DNA from: Candidatus Babeliales bacterium
Lineage (GTDB): Bacteria; Babelota; Babeliae; Babelales; JANWKD01
Reading direction: 5' to 3'
DNA: 64,000 nt
NCBI GenBank assembly: GCA_963722075.1
Contig: CAVRJM010000001.1
Span: 1,120,001-1,184,000, forward strand
Shown piece after piece: positions 57,685 through 64,000 of this stretch. Each line of letters begins with the position of its first letter. Within the stretch, counting starts at the first letter, position 1. The translations under genes were made by a program, and so were the position numbers. Under the pieces are notes generated by a model. That model was not told the DNA's origin. It saw only the letters and a list, made by a program, of their open reading frames with translations, and made no database searches.

Positions 57685-59700
57685 TTACTTTGCCGATGAT
57701 TTAGCAGGCATTTCAAGCATACACTCAACGCGATCATCAATCTCCCATTCATTAAAGCCATCAACTAAAAATGCACATTCAAAGCCGGTATGAACTTCTT
57801 TTACCGGTTTCCTATCGCGCTCCAAGCTTTTAATTGCACCACCACCAATTTTATTCTTGCCTCGCCAGATTTGTACGGTACCATTACGAGAAAGACGCCC
57901 TTCTCTAACATACGCCCCGGCAATAGTTCCGACATTTTTAATATGAAAGACCTTGCGAATAATCGCTTCACCGATTTTAGTAGCAACAAGCCGTGTAGTC
58001 TCTTTCTCCTTGATAAGATCTTCTAAGTTTTCAAGAAGTTTATAAATTACTTGGTATGTTTCAATAGAAACATCATATTTTTGAGCCAGAGACAATGCAT
58101 TAAGTTCATGTTTTACATGAAAGCCTAAAATGAGAGAATGCGTGGTGTGAGCAAGCTCAACATCGCTTTCACTTATATCACCAATTCCAGAATAAATAAG
58201 TTGAAACTTTTTTGCGTTTTTCTGATTTATTTGTTCAATGCCTTCTATAATGGCTTCTTTACTGGATTTGGTATCCACCTTAAGAATAATGTTTATTACG
58301 CCTTCAGAAACGAATTGCTTAGGCTCTTCGCGCACTATTCCTTTTGATTTTGCTTCTTGATATTGTTCTTGTGTTACCACGCTAAAAGAGTCGCCGGCAT
58401 TAGGTAATTGATCAAAACCAGATACTTGAACTGGAATGGAAGGGTCTGCTTTTTTTAAATTTTTTCCAAATGAATCGATCAGAGCCGTAATTTTACCAAA
58501 TGTTTGCCCAGCAATAAAATAGTCTCCTACGTGCATAGTGCCTTCATGCGCAATTACCGTAGCAACCGAACCGCGCCCTTTTTCAACGCGCGCTTCAAGC
58601 ACAAATCCTTGTGCGGCCTTAGTAGGATCAGATTTAAGCTCCATAACTTCTGCTTGCAACTGAATCATTTCTAATAATTGATCCACACCGGTACCATTTT
58701 TTGCAGAAATGGGAATGCAAATAGTTTGCCCACCCCATTCTTCAGGTAATAAATCATGCTGAGTTAAGGAACGTTTTACTGATTCAATTTGCGCAGGGGA
58801 TGCTTTATCAATTTTATTAATGGCAACAATAATAGGGATTTGAGCATTTTTTGCATGTTTAATAGCTTCTACCGTTTGCGGCATAACACCATCATCAGCG
58901 GCAACTACCAATATTGCAATATCTGCAACTTTTACCCCACGTGCACGCATTTTTATAAAAGCTGCATGACCAGGCGTATCAAGAAATACCATGCCGCCTT
59001 GATCAGTTTTAACTTGATAAGCACCCAAATGTTGAGTGATGCCGCCTTGCTCACGCGCCGCCACTTTGGTTTTGCGAATGAAATCAAGGAGTGTTGTTTT
59101 GCCATGGTCAACGTGTCCAATTACTACCACTATTGGCATTCGCTTTTGCAAATGTTTAGAGGCAGATGTCTGTTGAGCGGCCGGTTTTGTATAGGTTTCT
59201 TTTTTGGCAACACCGGTTACCACTGGAATCTGATAGTGTCGCGCCATCTGCTCAACTACTTTTGATGGTAATAGTTGATTTTTGGAAGAAATAATTCCCT
59301 GCTTAAGCAAAGTAAGCATAATCTCATTCACGGGTATCATAGTCTTTTGAGCCAATTGACTCACCGTCATAGGCTCGACAACCAATCCTGCATGTTTTGG
59401 TGCAAATGCTGGCGCTTGCTCAACTCTTGCAGATACTTCCTTGGTTGCTAAATCCACTTGAGGGGCTTCAATGGAAGGTGTCTCTAATGGCATCTCTTCT
59501 TCTGCAACCATTTCTGTTGCAACCATTGGTTGGGTAGAAGAACGTTCTTGCTGTTGCTGATAATACGTATCTAAAAAATTAATGGCATCAGGTGAAAGCG
59601 CAGACATGTGCGAAATAACATCAAAGCCCTGCTGCTTTAATAAATCGACAACTTCCTTATTGGAAAGACCTAATTTCTTTGAAAATTCATATATACGCAT
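57685..59700 (-). CDS. infB: Translation initiation factor IF-2
   Basis: MRIYE, GHVDHGKTTLLD, GGITQH, DTPGH, NKID, KEV..GFEC. Confidence 0.98.
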   Translation of the reverse strand: MRIYEFSKKLGLSNKEVVDLLKQQGFDVISHMSALSPDAINFLDTYYQQQQERSSTQPMVATEMVAEEEMPLETPSIEAPQVDLATKEVSARVEQAPAFAPKHAGLVVEPMTVSQLAQKTMIPVNEIMLTLLKQGIISSKNQLLPSKVVEQMARHYQIPVVTGVAKKETYTKPAAQQTSASKHLQKRMPIVVVIGHVDHGKTTLLDFIRKTKVAAREQGGITQHLGAYQVKTDQGGMVFLDTPGHAAFIKMRARGVKVADIAILVVAADDGVMPQTVEAIKHAKNAQIPIIVAINKIDKASPAQIESVKRSLTQHDLLPEEWGGQTICIPISAKNGTGVDQLLEMIQLQAEVMELKSDPTKAAQGFVLEARVEKGRGSVATVIAHEGTMHVGDYFIAGQTFGKITALIDSFGKNLKKADPSIPVQVSGFDQLPNAGDSFSVVTQEQYQEAKSKGIVREEPKQFVSEGVINIILKVDTKSSKEAIIEGIEQINQKNAKKFQLIYSGIGDISESDVELAHTTHSLILGFHVKHELNALSLAQKYDVSIETYQVIYKLLENLEDLIKEKETTRLVATKIGEAIIRKVFHIKNVGTIAGAYVREGRLSRNGTVQIWRGKNKIGGGAIKSLERDRKPVKEVHTGFECAFLVDGFNEWEIDDRVECMLEMPAKSSAK

Positions 59701-59735
59701 TACGATATCGCATCCAGTTCTTTAATTTTATATTT

Positions 59736-60812
59736 TTAATTTTCTTCAAATGTCTTTTCAAGAACTAATTCTTTATCTTCTACGGTAGACATTGAAGGAC
59801 TTTCCGACTGCACTAAATGAATATTTACCCCTACAAGCTGTGATGCTAATGCGATATTTTGTCCGCCTTTACCGATCGCTAATGATCGTTGATCCTCATC
59901 AAGCCAAATATTTGCATTTTTATTATCAACTAACTCAACACGCGATATAACTGCCGGCTTTAATGCATCTTTTATTAACGCTTCTAGTGAATCATTCCAT
60001 GCTATAATATCGATTTTTTCAGTACCCAATTCCTTTAATATAGGCTTAATACGAACACCACCAATACCTACACAAGTACCCACTGGATCAATATTTTTAT
60101 CATGAGACATTACTAATATCTTTGATTTATAACCTGGAATGCGTGCTATTTTTTTTATTTCAACTAACTTTTCAAAGACCTCAGGAATCTCGAGCTCAAA
60201 CAATTTTTCTATAAAGATTGTACTTGTTCTATCCAGTATCAATTGATTATCATTACGCGGCTCAGAAAGCACTTCTTTTAAGAGCGCTCTAACAGGAAAG
60301 CCTACCACACATTTATCACCAGTAATACTTAATGACTTAGGCAAAAAAGCCAAATTATCATCAATCTTAACGGTGGCGCCGCCATATTCACATTTGTGAA
60401 TAATGCCATGCACAATGGTCCCTTGCTTATTTTTGAACTGATCGTAAATCAATGTTGCTTCAATTAAACGAATTTTATTGGCAATAACTTGTTTAGCGCG
60501 CAGAATTTCAATACGCCCAATTTTTCCCTCAAAAGGAACTAAGACCGAGTCCCCCACATTAAGCTCAGGATTAATATTTCGTGCTTTTCTAAGGCTAATC
60601 TCTAGATCCTCGTCTTCAGGGGCAGAGACGATTTCTTTTTGAACTTTGATTTCGATTTCATCGTTTTTTTTATCATAATCAGCTTTAAAGACCAACCCGG
60701 GATATTTTTTTTCATAAGCTGCCAATATGCCTTCGCAAATAATAGAGCTTAGTATGGCCCGCTCCAGACCTTTTTCTTCTACGAGTTCTTCTATAACCTG
60801 AGATAATTTCAC
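59736..60812 (-). CDS. nusA: Transcription factor NusA
   Basis: LFELEIPE, ARIPG..SKI, DPVGTCVG..G.RI, SLAIGKGGQN..LA; GTG start. Confidence 0.96.
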   Translation of the reverse strand: MKLSQVIEELVEEKGLERAILSSIICEGILAAYEKKYPGLVFKADYDKKNDEIEIKVQKEIVSAPEDEDLEISLRKARNINPELNVGDSVLVPFEGKIGRIEILRAKQVIANKIRLIEATLIYDQFKNKQGTIVHGIIHKCEYGGATVKIDDNLAFLPKSLSITGDKCVVGFPVRALLKEVLSEPRNDNQLILDRTSTIFIEKLFELEIPEVFEKLVEIKKIARIPGYKSKILVMSHDKNIDPVGTCVGIGGVRIKPILKELGTEKIDIIAWNDSLEALIKDALKPAVISRVELVDNKNANIWLDEDQRSLAIGKGGQNIALASQLVGVNIHLVQSESPSMSTVEDKELVLEKTFEEN

Positions 60813-60850
60813 GATATCCTTTATTTCTTAATTAAATATAACTTTGACCC

Positions 60851-60935
60851 CGTCATCCTGAGGAGCGAAGCGACGTGAGGATCCAGTAATAAAAATGGTC
60901 ACGCTAATAGATTCCCACACTTCGTTCGAAATAAC
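60851..60935. repeat. Type-A palindrome plus a degenerate inverted partner
   Basis: CGTCATCCTGAGGAGCGAAGCGACGTGAGGATCCAG (60851-60886). Confidence 0.85.
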
Positions 60936-61039
60936 ATTTTAGGGGGATTAGATAAAAGTGTAACAAAAAATATAGAAATGAAAAGTAGCGCATCAATAAA
61001 ATAGGCTTTGGCTTTTTAGGGAATCAGATCATTCCTATT

Positions 61040-61334
61040 ACCATTATTATATATATATATTAAATATTAATAATAATAAGCGCAGCGATTTTTGTGGATA
61101 ACTGGTCAAATTTTTTTAAAAAAGCAAGGTAAAACCGCAGTTTTTTGATTTTTTTCCAATGTGGATAACTATGTGGATAGAATGTGGATAACTTCGACCA
61201 TAGGTTCTCAAAGCTGCGCTTAAAGCCATGTTGTAAGCGCATAGTGTCCTAAGCACCTTGTTTAAGCCATTATTCAACCCATGAAAAAGTTATCCACATA
61301 GTTATCCACATAGTTATCCACATAGTTATCCACA
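61040..61334. other. oriC: Probable chromosomal replication origin (oriC)
   Basis: DnaA boxes TGTGGATAA at 61093, 61160, 61172 (1 mismatch) and 61183; TTATCCACA at 61290, 61302, 61314 and 61326; adjacent AT-only tract at about 61043-61079. Confidence 0.85.
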
Positions 61335-61347
61335 ATTTCTATGTGAA

Positions 61348-61938
61348 TTAAACGCGTGTTTCTTGTTGATTTAAAAGGGTTAATGCATGTTGGATATCGT
61401 GCCTGAACTTCGTTAAATCGGCTGGATTTCTCAAAATATATGCAGGATGGTAGGTGGGGACAATTAAAATGCCGTGGAAATTAAGGGCTTTTCCGCGTAT
61501 TTTACCAATCGGCTGAGCGGTACCATCTAATAAAGCATTAATGGCTACAGAGCCTAAAGTAACGATTAATTGAGGATTAATAATTTTTAATTCAGGTAGC
61601 AAGATTAGTTTTTTATAAACCGCAATTTCAAGCGGGGTAGGAGTTCTATTATTGGGCGGCCGGCACTTAACAACGTTGGTTATAAAGACGTCTTTTCTGT
61701 TAATGCCGCAGTGTTGTAATGTTGTTGTTAATAACTGTCCTGAGCGACCAACAAAAGGGCGCCCCAATTCATCTTCTTTCTGGCCAGGGGCTTCTCCTAA
61801 AAATAAAACAGGAGAATTAGGATTTCCCTCTCCATAAACGATTTTAGTTGCTCCGGAAGATTCGATAGGCAATGAGTTGCAGGAAGGAAATTGCTTATAA
61901 AGCGTTTGTAAGAGCTGTTCTTTGGTTGATTTAAGCAT
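61348..61938 (-). CDS. udg: Uracil-DNA glycosylase family 4
   Basis: GEAPG..ED..GRPFVGRSG, ITNVVKCRPP.NR.P, TYHPAYILRN. Confidence 0.93.
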   Translation of the reverse strand: MLKSTKEQLLQTLYKQFPSCNSLPIESSGATKIVYGEGNPNSPVLFLGEAPGQKEDELGRPFVGRSGQLLTTTLQHCGINRKDVFITNVVKCRPPNNRTPTPLEIAVYKKLILLPELKIINPQLIVTLGSVAINALLDGTAQPIGKIRGKALNFHGILIVPTYHPAYILRNPADLTKFRHDIQHALTLLNQQETRV

Positions 61939-62048
61939 GCTATTGGTTCTAGTAATGGGTTTAACTATATTTTGTCTTGTTTTATTTATACTACTAATGC
62001 TGGTGACTTCTAATAATTATACAAAGAACCTTAAGAATGCAAAAATTA

Positions 62049-62081
62049 TCAGAAAGCGCGATTGATTACGCGCTTTCTGGT
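62049..62081 (-). terminator. Hairpin, possible terminator downstream of the clostripain-like gene
   Basis: CAGAAAGCGCG-attgatta-CGCGCTTTCTG followed by ATAATTTTT on the minus strand. Confidence 0.55.
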
Positions 62082-62281
62082 GTGCCAATTTGTTTTATTA
62101 GTTGCATGTCGATTGATTTCTAAAAAAGCAACAGCGCATGCGGACCGATGTTGTTGCAATTTATATTAAAGAATATTGGGATGTGTAAAAAAGTTGTTAT
62201 ATGGTCGATAGAATAGAATGTGTTGCATTGTTGCTTAATTAAAATGGTATAGCTGTGTTGAGCAACAATGCAACATTCATG

Positions 62282-63700
62282 TTAGTTTTGTAATGCAAGC
62301 AAATAGTGATCTATGAAAAGCCCCCATGGGTGTTTGTGTTGATATGATGGATGTTTGTTGCCAAATTCAGGAAAATAAATTGAAATCCCGCGTGCTTGGC
62401 TTAAATTTTTTCCTGCAACATATGAAATCACCACATGATCGACAAGAGCCATACCTTCTTTAAGTTTGTTTTTTAATTCTGGAAGCACCGCTTTATATAT
62501 TTCTTTATCCCGAGCGTTTTTTAATTCTAATCGGTCTAAATTCAGTAATAAATTTTTATAAAAATGATGTAAGTCGATGTAGCTTGGTTCGTCAAAATGG
62601 GTACACAATAATTTATGCCTACTTGTTTTTATTGCCTCTTTAATCAGATTGTATTTCTTGTTTTTTAAACATTCAGTTAGTATGGAGGCCACCGTGTTAA
62701 CATTCTGTTCTAGCATGGTAACATCGCTCAAGTTTACCGCCGAAAATGTATAGTCATTCGTTAGCTTTTTGTAGGTGTTTTCAAATGATTGTACTATATG
62801 TTTAGCAAACGGTAGCATATCTATTTTTTGATGCTCATAAGGCTTTAAAACATCAATATAATCAAGTCCAGGCGCTAAAATCACTTCTTGAGAACCCAAC
62901 ATTAATTTAGCATATGGTTTGATCAGTAGTGCTATTTCATACATTTGTTGTAAGCAGGCGTCAAAAATGATCGCTTCAAATTTTCCGCGAATCGACTGCT
63001 CACATATTTTCTTTAAGGCAAAATCTAATTTTTGATTGGTTAAATAATTGCCCGTAATATCATCAAAGCAAATACCGCGTTGATTATCTGGAGAAGCAAT
63101 ATATTCTAAAAACGGCACCGTTCGATTAAGTTCTATCATATTGGTCATGGGGTTAAAGGTGAACAGTTGCGATGGGTTAACCGCACGTACCTGTTTAATA
63201 TCAATGATACCGGTGGCGTGGTTAGATAAAACAAGTAAATATTTTTTTGCTTTAAAATGCTTAACGCAATAATCGCACCAGTTAATTAAACTTTTTGGAT
63301 CACCGCTATCCATGCTCTGTGAAGAAGGATCATTTTGATTTAAAATGATAAGCTTATTTTTCTCAACAAAATAACGCTTTGTTACTTTTTTGTTGCCAGC
63401 CAATAGCACATCTAATTGGACCAAAATGTTCATATGGTTATTTGAGCCTATTTCTGAAAGTTGATTTAAATTTTTTCTTAAAAAATAACCTAAGTTATTG
63501 ACACCTGCCAAGTAAACTATGAGAGTTATATCCTTCTCCAGAGGCAATTTATTTTCTGATTTTAATAATTCTGTTGGTATAGAAGTTTCGATTTTGTTTA
63601 TAAATTTTTCAGATAAACAAAATGCAGGCTGTGGTAAAACAATTGCGGTAATAAATGCGCTTACAATGATTTTTTTAATACACAATTTTTTGAAAAACAT
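62282..63700 (-). CDS. Clostripain-family (C11) cysteine peptidase, secreted
   Basis: VY..G.NNL, GS....NI.VQ.D, DSGDP..L, Y.LVL.NH.TG, GICFDD, FDACL, GSQE..., G.SIYFP. Confidence 0.88.
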   Translation of the reverse strand: MFFKKLCIKKIIVSAFITAIVLPQPAFCLSEKFINKIETSIPTELLKSENKLPLEKDITLIVYLAGVNNLGYFLRKNLNQLSEIGSNNHMNILVQLDVLLAGNKKVTKRYFVEKNKLIILNQNDPSSQSMDSGDPKSLINWCDYCVKHFKAKKYLLVLSNHATGIIDIKQVRAVNPSQLFTFNPMTNMIELNRTVPFLEYIASPDNQRGICFDDITGNYLTNQKLDFALKKICEQSIRGKFEAIIFDACLQQMYEIALLIKPYAKLMLGSQEVILAPGLDYIDVLKPYEHQKIDMLPFAKHIVQSFENTYKKLTNDYTFSAVNLSDVTMLEQNVNTVASILTECLKNKKYNLIKEAIKTSRHKLLCTHFDEPSYIDLHHFYKNLLLNLDRLELKNARDKEIYKAVLPELKNKLKEGMALVDHVVISYVAGKNLSQARGISIYFPEFGNKHPSYQHKHPWGLFIDHYLLALQN

Positions 63701-64000
63701 AACTATCCCCTTTCCCTAAAATATCTATTAGTTGTAGATTACATAATTCAAATAGGAAAAGGCAATCGTTTGTATTGTTAAGTTATTTTATAATAGAATT
63801 TAATTGTGGTTGTTGTGACCATTTGGTTTGATTAAACCATAACAGTGCAAAAGTGAGACCAAAGCTTAATTGGAAATCAAGAAAAAAAATGGTAATCGGG
63901 TTGTGAACTATAATTAATAATGTTACTAAGGAAAGAATATGGAGGCCATTAATTTGCTGATTAAAAATTATCCATAAGCAGTACAGGATAAACGTAAAAA

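Noticed and set aside
8701..60935. Palindromic repeats as a CRISPR array or integron attC sites
   Set aside because: They are dispersed and inverted, have no regular unique spacers and no RYYYAAC/GTTRRRY cores, and there is no cas or integrase gene in the window.
61060..61242. 60-aa ORF
   Set aside because: It is a translation of the DnaA-box cluster.
61289..61334. 12-bp tandem repeat as a VNTR or mini-CRISPR
   Set aside because: Each unit is a perfect DnaA box; better explained as part of oriC.
827..63719. Numerous short ORFs antisense or out of frame within confident genes
   Set aside because: Shadow ORFs with no motifs or RBS support.

Overview
AT-rich bacterial chromosome segment. The gene content resembles an obligate intracellular parasite of protists, most likely Candidatus Dependentiae/Babelota (inference, not verified). 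Housekeeping genes are ruvA, tRNA-Gly, jag, mnmE, rng, uvrC, clpB, tpiA, secG, mlaEF, moxR, eno, aspS, nfo, a wecA/mraY-like gene, infB, nusA and udg. They are interleaved with many signal-peptide proteins carrying eukaryote-like domains: 2 USP deubiquitinases, 2 RING proteins, 3 WD40 proteins, 2 ankyrin proteins and 2 M48-like proteases. There is also a T2SS-like operon with two secretins. Mobile DNA comprises a partial IS481-like element, a complete IS701-like element with TIRs and a target duplication, and about 25 REP-like palindromes at 12 loci, some carrying a second palindrome family nested in the loop. That second family also sits between tRNA-Gly and an un-called GIY-YIG nuclease ORF. 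A probable oriC (8 DnaA boxes plus an AT-rich unwinding element) lies at about 61.0-61.3 kb. Best novel candidates: (i) a secreted ubiquitin-editing effector set sharing a movable 19-aa leucine module; (ii) a signal-peptide-plus-Met(+1) design in about 10 secreted proteins; (iii) the tRNA/GIY-YIG/nested-palindrome system. All domain calls come from motif recognition by eye; no database searches were run.
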